NCBI GenBank assembly: GCA_002385625.1
Contig: DGDV01000047.1
Coordinates: 26,304 to 90,303, forward strand
Direction: 5' to 3'
From: Firmicutes bacterium UBA3943
GTDB taxonomy: Bacteria > Bacillota > UBA4882 > UBA10575 > UBA3943
Length of the DNA: 64,000 nt
A program made the position numbers and the translations under genes. The notes below the pieces were generated by a model that saw only the letters and a list, made by a program, of their open reading frames with translations, had not been told where the DNA came from and ran no database searches. Positions 47,168 to 56,711 of the stretch are shown one piece after another; within the stretch, counting starts at the first letter, position 1, and every line of letters starts with the position of its first letter.

Positions 47168-50100
47168 TTACAGCGTCGCCTCCACCCGGTGGGTCTTCCC
47201 GTCATCCAGCAAAGGAATCCTGGGATCGGCCGGATCCAGCTCTTCCCCGTCGAAGATCAGCTTTTGCAGGCCGGTCTGTTTACGGTCGGGGTTGGCCACC
47301 ACAATCTGGTAGATACTGTTCCCATAACGGTAGTTCACCTTATAACCCGGCCAATCCTCGGGAATACAGGGTCTTAACAGTAGATATTCGCCTTGGCGTT
47401 GGATACCCAAGATCCACTCCAAACCGGCTTGATACATCCAGCCCGCAGAACCGGTGTACCAACTCCAACCGCCCCGGCCCACATAGGGTGGAGCGGAATA
47501 GACATCAGCTGCCACCACATAGGGTTCAAGCCGGTAGGTCTGGGCTTCCCGCGGCGTTTGCGCATGATAGATGGGATTGATCAAGCGGAAGAGTTCCCCA
47601 GCGATATTGCCCTCACCCAGCATGGCCCAGGCAATAATGGCCCAAATGGCCCCATGGGTGTACTGGCCGCCATTCTCCCGCACCCCCGGCGGGTAGGCCT
47701 GGATATAACCCGGGCTCGGCTTGGTCTCGGAGAAGGGCGGGCTCAGCAGGTTAATGATGGCTTCGTCATGCATCACCAAGCGGTGGTAGAGGGACCACAT
47801 GGCCGTCGTCGCTTTATCCCGCGGCGCGGCTCCGGAGAGCACCGCCCAAGCCTGGGCAATGCAGTCAATCTGGCACTCGAAATTGTTCACCGAACCCATG
47901 GGATTGCCCTGATCGTTATAGGCCCGGCGGTACCATTGGCCGTCCCACCCGCTGTTCTCAGTGGCCATGACGATCTGGTCCAGGATCAACCGGTAGCGTT
48001 TCACCCGGTCCTCATCGCCCAGCCGGGCACAGACAGGCAAAAACTCCTCAATTGTCTTGTAGAGGAACCAGGCCAGCCAAACGCTCTCGCCATATCCCTC
48101 GGCCCCCACCTTATTCATGCCGTCGTTCCAGTCGCCGCCGCCAATCAAAGGCAAGGAATGGGCCCCAAAGACAGCAGCTCTGTCCACCGCACGCACGCAA
48201 TGGACATAGAGACTGGCAGTCTCCTTGGATTGGCGGGTAGGTCCATAACGCTCCCGCTCCTCGGGGCTTAGGGGGGCATCCTGGAGGAAGGGGATATTCT
48301 CGTCCCAGATGCTCTGGTCGCCGGTGTGGGAGGCATAACGACAGGCGACATAGACCAACCAAAGCATGTCATCGGAATATCTGGTCCGGATGCCGTAGCC
48401 CGTCTCCGTATGCCACCAATGCTGGACATCCCCCTCCTGGTATTGGTGGGCGGCATGGAGCAGGATTTGCTTGCGGGCCAGGTCCGGCCTGGTATGAAGG
48501 AGTGCTAAAACATCCTGCAGTTGATCCCGGAAGCCAAAGGCGCCGCCGGATTGGTAAAAGGCCGACCGGGCCCAGATCCGGCAGGACAAGGTCTGGTAAA
48601 GCAGCCAGTTATTCATGAGAAAATCAAAGCCCTTATCCGCCGTCTCCACCTGCACCCTTTCCAGCGTCTCACGCCAAAACTCCATCACCTCCGTACGGGA
48701 TTGCAGCACAGTCTTCCGCCGCCGATACTGCTGGAGATATTGTTGGGCAGCAATCCTGCTGGGCGCCGCACCCACCAGGATGTATAACGCCGCTTCTTCC
48801 CCGGGAGCAAGACGAATCTTAACCTGAATTGCGCCGCAGGGGTTGTAATTAGCGCCGACCCGGTTATCCAAGGAAGCCCGTTCCAATCCCGCCGGCCGGT
48901 ACATACTGCCGCTTCTTCCCATAAAGTTCCCGCGGTTGCCAGTATAGCTCCGCTCTTCCACCGGATGTTCGGTCCACAGGTCCAGGAACCCATAATGATC
49001 GAGGAAGTGATCCTGGTAGGTATTCCGCGCCAAGAGCGCCCCGGTAGCGCTGTCCAACTCGGTAACAATGTACGGATAGGTCTTCTCCCGGTCCACCCCA
49101 AGGACCCATTCCAAATAGTAGGTCACCGACAGCCAGCGGGGTTTTTCATCCGTATTCTTGATCTTCAACTCAATAATTTTAACCGGGTCGTGCAAGGTTG
49201 CCCAATAGCAAGCCTCGTGGGCAATACCTTGGCTTTGGTGGGAGATTATGCTATAACCCTGGCCATGCCGGACAGTATACGGTTCAGGGTGGGGAATGGG
49301 TGAAGGTGTGGCGGACCAGAGCAAACCACTCTCTTCATCCCGGAGATAACAGATCTCGCCCAGTGGGTCATAGACGGGATCATTGGACCAGGGCGTCAAG
49401 CGAAACTCCCGGCTGTTCCTGGCCCAGGTGAAACCGCTGCCCGAATCCGACAGCAAGAACCCAAAATGGGGGTTGGCAATGACATTAACCCAGGGTTGGG
49501 GCGGCAGATCATTGGCCTTGAGATAGATGACGTATTCTTTGCCATCGTGTCTAAACCCGCCCCAGCCGTTATAAAACAGGAGATCCTCCGGCGGCTGCAT
49601 CACCTTGGTTATATACCCGCTAACCGCCGGCAACTGCAAGGTAACGGCGGGCGAAAGTTCCCCGTCATCCTCGGTGTTCTGCAGCAATTGGGAGATCAAG
49701 GTCCCCTCTTGCGAATTCAGTTGAATCCTGGAGACCGCCGCCAGTAAATGGCGTTCGGCTTCCGCCAGACTTTCCCGGCCAATGATGAAGATATGGGCGG
49801 CCAGCTTACTGAAGGCTTCATTCTGGATGTGGGTATTAACGATTCTTCTTAATTCCTCATCGGTCAACCGGTTATAACCATCGGCCTCCTTCACCAGCAG
49901 AACCAGGTCCACGGTCAAATCATGGATGGCCCAATACTTCAGCGCCGCCAACATGGTTTCCACCAATTCCAGCGAGGCGTCTGGTCCAATACTGAGGGAG
50001 ACGATGGGATAATCCCCGGAAATGCCAAAGGGCCATAAACCGGATTGTCCCTTGATATTGCGTTTGAGAGCTTCAACCCGCTGCTCCCGTAAGTTGTTAA

Positions 50101-53100
50101 AGTAGACCAGTTGGGAAGCCATCCATTGGAAGATATTGGCCTGGCGCGGTGTAATGTTTAGTTCGTTCAGTTCCAATTTGTTCTTGGTTACTGCCATGTC
50201 GAAGACCCGGCGCACCTGGAAGGGATAGCGCAGTTTTCTGCAGATCTCCAGGACTTCTTCCCGTGTCTCGGCGATGGCGGTCACACAGAAGAGCCGGGCC
50301 CGCCGGTGGCCGGGAAGTTCCACCCGGCGCCGCAGGCTAAAGATGGGGTCCAGCACCTTCCCCACCGTGCCCGAAAGATGGTAGCCCGTCTGAATGACCA
50401 GAGGCACACTGGCGGAACGACCCCGCCCGGCAAAGCGCAGGCGATCGGTCTCATACTCCAGGGCACCCACGGCTGTACCGTCCACATGCATCATATAGGC
50501 CAGATATGGCCCGGTGGGTCCCAAGTCCGTCCGCCGCCAAGCCAGCAGGACCTCCATCTCCGGGATGAAGGCAGTCTCCAAGAATAATCTGCTGTAAGCC
50601 GGGTGGGTCTGGAATTGCTCGTGGGGAGCTAGGGCCAGTTCCAAAAGGCTGGTGATCTCCAGCAACTGGTCCTCGCTGCCCTGGTTAGTCAAGGTAATCT
50701 CCCGGATCTCCGCATCCAAATCCGGGGCAACACTGATGGCCATCTCGGTCCGGATATCCCCGTCGGTCCGGGAGAAATTCACCCGGCCCAAGAAAAACTC
50801 CATCTTCATGTCCTCCGCCGCCACCCGGCACGGCAGGTAAGTAGGCGACCAGATCTGCCCGTTGGTCATATTACAAATGAAATAGAACGAACCCGAGAGA
50901 TCCCGCACCGGATCCTCCACCCACCTGGTCAAGTCCAAGCCCTTCCAGCGGGAAAAACCACTGCCGGAATTGGAGATCATCAAAGTATAACGGCCGTTGG
51001 ACAAGAGGCGCGCTTCGGGCAGGGGAGTATCCGGCTGATAAAAGGAACGCAGGTCGGTGTGGTAATCATCAAAGGTATGGGAGCCAATTAGATTCATATT
51101 CTGCGAGAGAATCAAAGCCTTCTTGGGAATTCTCTCCTGCAAGAGTTGCTCGGTGGCTTCCATCCGTTCCTCTTTTAAAAAGCGCTTTTGCCAAACATTA
51201 TCCAACAGGATGTTGGCGATGGCATTCAAGATCATCCCTTGGTGGTGGGCCATGTGGTTTTTCACCACCACATAGAAGGCATCCTTCGGCATGTGGTCGG
51301 GGGTAAAGTCTACGGCTTCATAAAAACCATACATCCCCAACATCTGGTACTCTTCTTCCAAGCGTTTCAAGTTCTTATATGCGGCCTTCGGCGCCAACAT
51401 CGCCGCCAACAAAGTGGCATAGGGCGTGACCACCATATCTTTCTCCAAGCCTTGTTTCAACCCCAGGCCCGGTACGCCAAAGGCTTTGTATTGGTAGTTC
51501 TTGTTATAGTCCTGCAGGCTGAAGCCGGATTCGGAAATACCCCACGGCAGCCCCTTCCTCCTGGCATAGGCCATCTGCTTGCGGATGACCATCCGGTAAG
51601 TCACATCCCAGATGGTCTCCTGATAATTGGGCAAGAGCAGCAAGGGCATGAAATACTCGAACATTGTCCCGCTCCACGAAACCAAAGTAGGGGTCTGCTC
51701 CACCGGTGTCATCGTCCGTTTTAAGGCAAACCAGTGTTGCAACGGCACTTGTCCCAGGGCAATGGCGACAAAACTAGTCTGGCGCATCTCCGAAGCAAAA
51801 AGATCATAGAAAGAACCGTCCATTTGTTTGTTAGCAACGTTATAGCCAATGGCGAAAAGATGGTGTTCCTCGTTGTACAAGGCGCTGAAGTCATGTTCCA
51901 AAGCACACCGTTGAATTTGGGCCATTAAACGTTGGGCTTGGGCAATCTCTTTACCAGAGAGACTGTTAGCGGTCCTGCCTGTTAAAAACCGGATGTGCTC
52001 CGCAATGGCCTGGGCCGTCTCCACACTCCGATCCGCCAGTTTTTGCAAAGCTGTTAAAGCCGTCAACCACTGTTCCACCGTCGCCGGTGGTTTGGCCAAT
52101 AGTTGTTCCAATTCCTGTTGCAGTTGGTATAAATGTCGGTCAAAACAGGCCTGCTCCCATCGGACCATATCCAAGAGGCCAAGCAAAAGGGATTCATCCA
52201 CCGCCGGGCGTTTTAAGTGTTCGGCAATCCCCTGTTTGACCGCAAACAGGTAACCCACCAGGTTCCCGCTGTCCACGGTGGAGACATAGATAGGATTAAG
52301 CGCCTCCAAGGAGGTCGTGTCGTACCAGTTATAGAAATGCCCATTCCAGCGGGGCAGTTTCCCCAAGGTATCCATGGTACGCTGCAATCGTTCCAGCATC
52401 TCGGTGAAGGTAATATAACCCAAGTCCCGTGCGGTTACCACCGAACAAAGGTATAACCCGATATTCGTCGGAGAAGTCCGGTGGGCCAAGCCCACTGGTG
52501 GATCCAATTGCAGGTTATCCGGGGGCAGATGGTGGTCCTTTTCCGTCACAGTATCCACATAAAACTTCCAGGTCCGCCAGGCAAGGCCGCGGAAGTACGC
52601 TTGTTCCGCCGGATCCGGATTTTCTTGGTAGGGTACAAGTTGCCGGCTGATCAAATAGACCCAAACCGGAGCAGAGAGCCAGATGAGGGTAATGATCAAG
52701 GCCAATTCTTTACCCGAAGCCAACCATAAAACAGCGCCAATGGCCGCGGTCAAAAGCTCTCCCGTCAACATCCGCCGGCAAACGCCAACAAAGGTATTGG
52801 GCGACCTCTTCCCCACCTCCTCAGCAGTCACCCACTCCAACAACTTCCGGTGGGAGATATACAAACGGTAGAGGGTCCTGAACACCGCATCCAACATCTT
52901 GTAAACATGGTGGGGCAGAACAACCAAGTAAAAGAGAAAACGGATCAAGTAATGGGAGGATTTGGCACAATAACGCATGGTATAACCAAAATTCACTAAA
53001 ATCCGCAGTAATGTTGAGCCGACAACCACCCACAAAGGCCAGTCGGGGATGGGAAGCCGGTCATACACAAAAATCCCCAGACAAATCAGGGCAAAGGTGG

Positions 53101-55525
53101 CTGGTCCCACTAGACTCCGGCGCAGGTTGTCGAACATCTGCCACCGGCTGACAAGATCGTTTTTAACCTCGGTTTTTACGCCAAAACGGTTCTTGACATT
53201 GCTGGTCAGCCAGGGCAGCAACTGCCAATCGCCCCTGACCCACCGGTGCATCCGCTCCAAGGCGCTGAGGAAGGTGGTGGGATAATCATCGATTAATTCC
53301 AGGTCCGTCACCAGGCCGGCCCGGACAAAACTGCCCTCCAGCAGGTCATGGCTGAGGACCATATTATCGGGGATCCGATCACCCAGAATGTGGTGGAAGA
53401 CGCGCACATCATAGATGCCCTTCCCGGTGAAGATGCCGCATTGAAACAGGTCTTGATAGGGATCGGAATCCGCACCGCTATAAATGTCAATCCCAGCTTC
53501 TCCGCCGTAGATCTTGGCGTAATAGGACCGGTGGACACTGGCGTGACTGATGGCAATGCGTGGTTGAAGCAACCCGTAACCGCGGACCACTTTCTTCTTG
53601 GCTTTATCAAGGTGGGGTGTGTTCAAGGGATGGGCCAAAGCCCCAATCAGGCCTTTGGCCGTATCCCTGGGCAGCCTGGTATCGGTATCCAGAGTAATGA
53701 CAAAGCGAATCTGCGGTAGAATTTCGGTATCACCAACAATATGGGAGAAGGAGGTCTCGCTTTCGCCACAGAGCAAGGCGTTAAACTCCGCCAATTTGCC
53801 CCGTTTCCGCTCCCACCCCATCCATTTGCCCTCCTGGGGATTCCAGAGGCGTTTACGGTGGAAGAGGAAGAACCTGGTGGTGTCCTCCGGGGTGCAATAC
53901 CGCCGGTTCAACTCATTGATTCTTTCCGTGGCGGCTTTAAGCAGTTCATCCTCCCCCGCTAAGACCGCTTGATCCGCATCAGCAAAATCCGTCAACAAGC
54001 CAAAATAGATATTGGGATCCTGATTGGCCAGGTAATAGATTTCTAGTTTGTGGGCGAGGCTCTCCACTGATTCCAAACTGTTAATGATGGTCGGGATGAC
54101 AACCATCGTAGAGTACTCTTTGGGCACACCCTTGCGGAAATCCATTTTCAGCAGTTGCTGGGGAGGGAAGGTAATTGTCAGGATGTAATGAAAATGACGA
54201 ATCGCCCATTCCCCGGCCAAAACCAGCAGTGCCGGGACGGCCAAGGGAATAATCCACCAAAATTCACCGGGAAGACCGGCCAACATGTAGCGCAGGGTTG
54301 CATACATAAAGAAGTTGGTCAAGACGGCCATTGTGGTAAAATAAACCGTCTTGGGAAACCGGCTTAGCTTTTCCCTTAGCCCACAGCAGGCGCTCTTTCT
54401 GATGCCCAAGGCGCCGGGCAAAAGGCGGCATCCTTCATCCATCAAATAATAACCAACATGCTTCTTTACATTATCCCCTTTGTTTTCGCCGGGAGCATTC
54501 TCCGCCAGCTTGATCACTTGCTCGGCGATTAACAACTCCGACATCCGCCAGCGCTCTGCCAGTTTTTCCAGTTTATGGCGCAGAATATCACGGCTGGCAA
54601 AGGTCATCTTGGGGTAAACCCCCGCCGGATCCCGCCGTAAGGTGAGTTCAACCCAGGATAACTCCTCAAAATGGGGTTCCCAGATGGTCTGGGAGATTTG
54701 CCTTAAACTGGTAATAAGCTGTCCGGCCGAGACCCGGTGCTCCGACTGGCGTTGCTGTTCCTCTTCGATCAATTGGATCAGGCTCAGATTATGCATGGCG
54801 GTCCGTGCTTCCAACCACCGGTGCAAAGCGCTGGACTCAACATACTCCCGGAGATATTTAGCCAGATAAACAAGGACCGTCGGATTGCTCAGATCAAGGC
54901 GCTGCTCCATGATGCGGATGGTCCGTTGAAGCGTGTTGGAGATATCTTTCAGAAGGGGTGTAATATGTTTGCCTATTATGTTCGCTTGTTTCTCCGGAAC
55001 CACATCTTTATCTACAAGCTCAAAAAGAGCACGGAGTTTGTGAATGATGGCCATCCGGAAAACCAGGGGGACCACCCAAAGTTCAGCCATGGTCAAAGGC
55101 TGCGCCGTCTGGTATTCCCATAAGAACCCTTTTAGCGTTTCCAGGTCGCACTGACCGCCGGTATATTCCAGCAACCGGTAGATCAGAGCATATATCCGCT
55201 TTTGACCCTTATCGGGCCCTTCTATCAGTGTAGGCAATTTTTGACAGTAACGCCAGGACAGGTTTTTCTTGATGAACTGGGCCTGTTCATTGATGAGGTA
55301 CATATTGTCAACCAACCATTCACAGGCCGGGGGCAATGTTCTTTTTTGGGCTATAGCCGTGCGGTATCTTTGGAAAATTTGGTTCAGCCGCCTTAAGTCA
55401 GCGGAGAATTGACGGGTAACAGAAAAGCAGCCACGGAAACGCAGTCCGGTTACATGCTCCGCTGCCAGCTTCCGGGCAAATTGCACCAGTTCATTGAGAT
55501 TTTGACGTGTTAGGTTGGATAACAT
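47168..55525 (-). CDS. cgs: Cyclic beta-1,2-glucan synthase (ChvB/NdvB/Cgs family: membrane GT84-like glycosyltransferase plus GH94-like phosphorylase domain)
   Basis: 2785 aa. Several TM segments. The GT region has VITLDTDTRLP (DxD) and HRWVRGDWQLL. The C-terminal region has GGGDWNDGMN and YTHGAIWAIIAW, typical of GH94 cellobiose/chitobiose-phosphorylase-like domains. Size matches the ~2800-aa proteobacterial enzymes. Confidence 0.88.
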   Translation of the reverse strand: MLSNLTRQNLNELVQFARKLAAEHVTGLRFRGCFSVTRQFSADLRRLNQIFQRYRTAIAQKRTLPPACEWLVDNMYLINEQAQFIKKNLSWRYCQKLPTLIEGPDKGQKRIYALIYRLLEYTGGQCDLETLKGFLWEYQTAQPLTMAELWVVPLVFRMAIIHKLRALFELVDKDVVPEKQANIIGKHITPLLKDISNTLQRTIRIMEQRLDLSNPTVLVYLAKYLREYVESSALHRWLEARTAMHNLSLIQLIEEEQQRQSEHRVSAGQLITSLRQISQTIWEPHFEELSWVELTLRRDPAGVYPKMTFASRDILRHKLEKLAERWRMSELLIAEQVIKLAENAPGENKGDNVKKHVGYYLMDEGCRLLPGALGIRKSACCGLREKLSRFPKTVYFTTMAVLTNFFMYATLRYMLAGLPGEFWWIIPLAVPALLVLAGEWAIRHFHYILTITFPPQQLLKMDFRKGVPKEYSTMVVIPTIINSLESVESLAHKLEIYYLANQDPNIYFGLLTDFADADQAVLAGEDELLKAATERINELNRRYCTPEDTTRFFLFHRKRLWNPQEGKWMGWERKRGKLAEFNALLCGESETSFSHIVGDTEILPQIRFVITLDTDTRLPRDTAKGLIGALAHPLNTPHLDKAKKKVVRGYGLLQPRIAISHASVHRSYYAKIYGGEAGIDIYSGADSDPYQDLFQCGIFTGKGIYDVRVFHHILGDRIPDNMVLSHDLLEGSFVRAGLVTDLELIDDYPTTFLSALERMHRWVRGDWQLLPWLTSNVKNRFGVKTEVKNDLVSRWQMFDNLRRSLVGPATFALICLGIFVYDRLPIPDWPLWVVVGSTLLRILVNFGYTMRYCAKSSHYLIRFLFYLVVLPHHVYKMLDAVFRTLYRLYISHRKLLEWVTAEEVGKRSPNTFVGVCRRMLTGELLTAAIGAVLWLASGKELALIITLIWLSAPVWVYLISRQLVPYQENPDPAEQAYFRGLAWRTWKFYVDTVTEKDHHLPPDNLQLDPPVGLAHRTSPTNIGLYLCSVVTARDLGYITFTEMLERLQRTMDTLGKLPRWNGHFYNWYDTTSLEALNPIYVSTVDSGNLVGYLFAVKQGIAEHLKRPAVDESLLLGLLDMVRWEQACFDRHLYQLQQELEQLLAKPPATVEQWLTALTALQKLADRSVETAQAIAEHIRFLTGRTANSLSGKEIAQAQRLMAQIQRCALEHDFSALYNEEHHLFAIGYNVANKQMDGSFYDLFASEMRQTSFVAIALGQVPLQHWFALKRTMTPVEQTPTLVSWSGTMFEYFMPLLLLPNYQETIWDVTYRMVIRKQMAYARRKGLPWGISESGFSLQDYNKNYQYKAFGVPGLGLKQGLEKDMVVTPYATLLAAMLAPKAAYKNLKRLEEEYQMLGMYGFYEAVDFTPDHMPKDAFYVVVKNHMAHHQGMILNAIANILLDNVWQKRFLKEERMEATEQLLQERIPKKALILSQNMNLIGSHTFDDYHTDLRSFYQPDTPLPEARLLSNGRYTLMISNSGSGFSRWKGLDLTRWVEDPVRDLSGSFYFICNMTNGQIWSPTYLPCRVAAEDMKMEFFLGRVNFSRTDGDIRTEMAISVAPDLDAEIREITLTNQGSEDQLLEITSLLELALAPHEQFQTHPAYSRLFLETAFIPEMEVLLAWRRTDLGPTGPYLAYMMHVDGTAVGALEYETDRLRFAGRGRSASVPLVIQTGYHLSGTVGKVLDPIFSLRRRVELPGHRRARLFCVTAIAETREEVLEICRKLRYPFQVRRVFDMAVTKNKLELNELNITPRQANIFQWMASQLVYFNNLREQRVEALKRNIKGQSGLWPFGISGDYPIVSLSIGPDASLELVETMLAALKYWAIHDLTVDLVLLVKEADGYNRLTDEELRRIVNTHIQNEAFSKLAAHIFIIGRESLAEAERHLLAAVSRIQLNSQEGTLISQLLQNTEDDGELSPAVTLQLPAVSGYITKVMQPPEDLLFYNGWGGFRHDGKEYVIYLKANDLPPQPWVNVIANPHFGFLLSDSGSGFTWARNSREFRLTPWSNDPVYDPLGEICYLRDEESGLLWSATPSPIPHPEPYTVRHGQGYSIISHQSQGIAHEACYWATLHDPVKIIELKIKNTDEKPRWLSVTYYLEWVLGVDREKTYPYIVTELDSATGALLARNTYQDHFLDHYGFLDLWTEHPVEERSYTGNRGNFMGRSGSMYRPAGLERASLDNRVGANYNPCGAIQVKIRLAPGEEAALYILVGAAPSRIAAQQYLQQYRRRKTVLQSRTEVMEFWRETLERVQVETADKGFDFLMNNWLLYQTLSCRIWARSAFYQSGGAFGFRDQLQDVLALLHTRPDLARKQILLHAAHQYQEGDVQHWWHTETGYGIRTRYSDDMLWLVYVACRYASHTGDQSIWDENIPFLQDAPLSPEERERYGPTRQSKETASLYVHCVRAVDRAAVFGAHSLPLIGGGDWNDGMNKVGAEGYGESVWLAWFLYKTIEEFLPVCARLGDEDRVKRYRLILDQIVMATENSGWDGQWYRRAYNDQGNPMGSVNNFECQIDCIAQAWAVLSGAAPRDKATTAMWSLYHRLVMHDEAIINLLSPPFSETKPSPGYIQAYPPGVRENGGQYTHGAIWAIIAWAMLGEGNIAGELFRLINPIYHAQTPREAQTYRLEPYVVAADVYSAPPYVGRGGWSWYTGSAGWMYQAGLEWILGIQRQGEYLLLRPCIPEDWPGYKVNYRYGNSIYQIVVANPDRKQTGLQKLIFDGEELDPADPRIPLLDDGKTHRVEATL

Positions 55526-55582
55526 AGTGCCACAGCCCCTTTCGTAGATGGTTTATTCTTCTACCGTTTAGGTTTGTTTAAT

Positions 55583-55627
55583 CAGAACAAGAAAAAACCC
55601 CGGTTTTTGAGAAATCCCGGGGTTTTC
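55583..55627 (-). terminator. Terminator-like hairpin inside the 5' leader of the glucan synthase gene (candidate attenuator)
   Basis: Minus strand AACCCCGG-gatttctcaaaaa-CCGGGGTT followed by TTTTCTTGTT, about 60 nt before the ATG at 55525. Confidence 0.6.
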
Positions 55628-55905
55628 AGGACATTCTTGGGTCAACATGGTATTTGCTGAACCCGAAAACCTGGATATTATGTTCAGCAAGGTTACTTGT
55701 TCTTTCCCGTTGTCCGATTCCCAGGTCTCTCCGGCAATTCGTGCAAGCAAGGGCAAGAATAAGAAACCCATAATTCCTACTCCAGTTTGGCACTTTTTAA
55801 TAAAAGTTAATCTGCTGTATTTGCCTGCTTTCCTGCCTCCGCCATTGATGAATCTCGTCAACCATTATCTGCAAATAATGTTACTTCAAAAACTACACAG
55901 TATTC

Positions 55906-55934
55906 ATTATACCCTTTTTCAGCTTATTTGGCAA
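55906..55934 (-). promoter_or_regulatory. Sigma-A type promoter of the glucan synthase gene
   Basis: Minus strand TTGCCA (complement 55929-55934), 17 nt, then TATAAT (complement 55906-55911). This predicts a leader of about 370 nt. Confidence 0.6.
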
Positions 55935-55985
55935 ATCATTCGCGGCGGATTGTCAATTCCAGCTGAATATCCCGGTATACCGCCA

Positions 55986-56016
55986 CAAAAAAACCCGTGT
56001 CGTCCGGCACGGGCTT
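55986..56016 (-). terminator. Intrinsic terminator after the polysaccharide export gene
   Basis: Minus strand GCCCGTG-ccggacga-CACGGGT followed by TTTTTTT. Confidence 0.8.
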
Positions 56017-56039
56017 TGCATGACAAACGCAAGGCACAC

Positions 56040-56711
56040 TCAATTGTTATCGTCATCCAACAGTTCGCGCAGGGAGTTCATCCCGTTGATGTAGGAGAAG
56101 ATTAACGGCCAGTTGGGAGCGAGGGTTTCCGGAACATAAATCGTATCGCCTTCGGCCAGCGCCGGTCCGACCGTCAAAGCGTTCTTGTAGATCCGGTTCC
56201 GTTTACCAATGCGGACTTCGACCTTGGGGGTCGGGCCGTTGGCATCAAATACACCCACCTTTCTCAGCTCCGCCCGGCGGGTAGGACCGCCAGCTGCTGC
56301 GATGCCATCCATAATCAAACTACCGGGTTTCAACCGGTAAATGCCTGGTTTCGCAACCTCCCCCAGCACCTTAACCTCAATGGTCCGTTCCTTCTTAACA
56401 ATCAAAGACACCACCGGGTCCTTCACGTAAACCGCCAGTTCCTCGGTGAGTAACTGCTGGGCTTCCATGATGGTTAAACCGGCCAACTTCACTTGATTAA
56501 CCAAAGGGAAAAAGATGGTGCCATCAGGCAGGACAACCACTTCCGCCTGGAGATCCTCATGGCCCCAGACAGAAATCTGCAATTCATCACCGGGGCCGAG
56601 ACGGTAAGGTTGGCCTGCTGTCGCCGTAACCACCCCGCAAAGCAGTAATGCCGCAATTAAGACCAGGAACTTTCTCACCGGGAATGCCCCCCTGTTAATT
56701 GGAGTTCTCAT
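56040..56711 (-). CDS. Polysaccharide export protein (Wza-like Poly_export plus SLBB domains)
   Basis: YRLGPGDELQISVWGHEDLQAEVVVLPDGTIFFPLVNQVKLAGLTIMEAQQLL is the classic Poly_export motif. The likely true start is the GTG at 56678 (RBS AGGGGGG, 8-nt spacer), giving signal peptide (M)RKFLVLIAALLLCGVV. Confidence 0.8.
   Translation of the reverse strand: MRTPINRGAFPVRKFLVLIAALLLCGVVTATAGQPYRLGPGDELQISVWGHEDLQAEVVVLPDGTIFFPLVNQVKLAGLTIMEAQQLLTEELAVYVKDPVVSLIVKKERTIEVKVLGEVAKPGIYRLKPGSLIMDGIAAAGGPTRRAELRKVGVFDANGPTPKVEVRIGKRNRIYKNALTVGPALAEGDTIYVPETLAPNWPLIFSYINGMNSLRELLDDDNN

Noticed and set aside
47189-55396. Dozens of ORFs of up to 292 aa on the plus strand within the glucan synthase gene
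   Set aside because: They are shadow ORFs of an 8.4-kb coding region with biased, low-complexity translations. The minus-strand frame has continuous family motifs across the whole length.
55640-55900. Attempt to classify the cgs leader as a c-di-GMP or c-di-AMP (ydaO-type) riboswitch
   Set aside because: Only short fragments (GGCAAA, GGGAATC, ACGGGAAAG) resemble those consensus motifs. The hallmark blocks I remember, such as ACGCAAAGC, are absent. The class is left open.
55568-56105. ORFs 55568-55861 (minus, 97 aa) and 55647-56105 (plus, 152 aa) between cgs and the export gene
   Set aside because: They span a promoter, two hairpins and two terminators and show no protein-like motifs. I interpret the region as a cgs leader. 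A shorter RBS-preceded version is mentioned in the leader finding as unresolved.
2656-56711. Recurrent 17-nt start/stop overlaps at 3746-3762, 29292-29308, 38857-38873 and 56695-56711
   Set aside because: At least one depends on my choice of start codon; the Wza-like gene more likely starts at the GTG at 56678. Overlaps of 3n+2 nt are common in compact operons, so this is probably coincidence.
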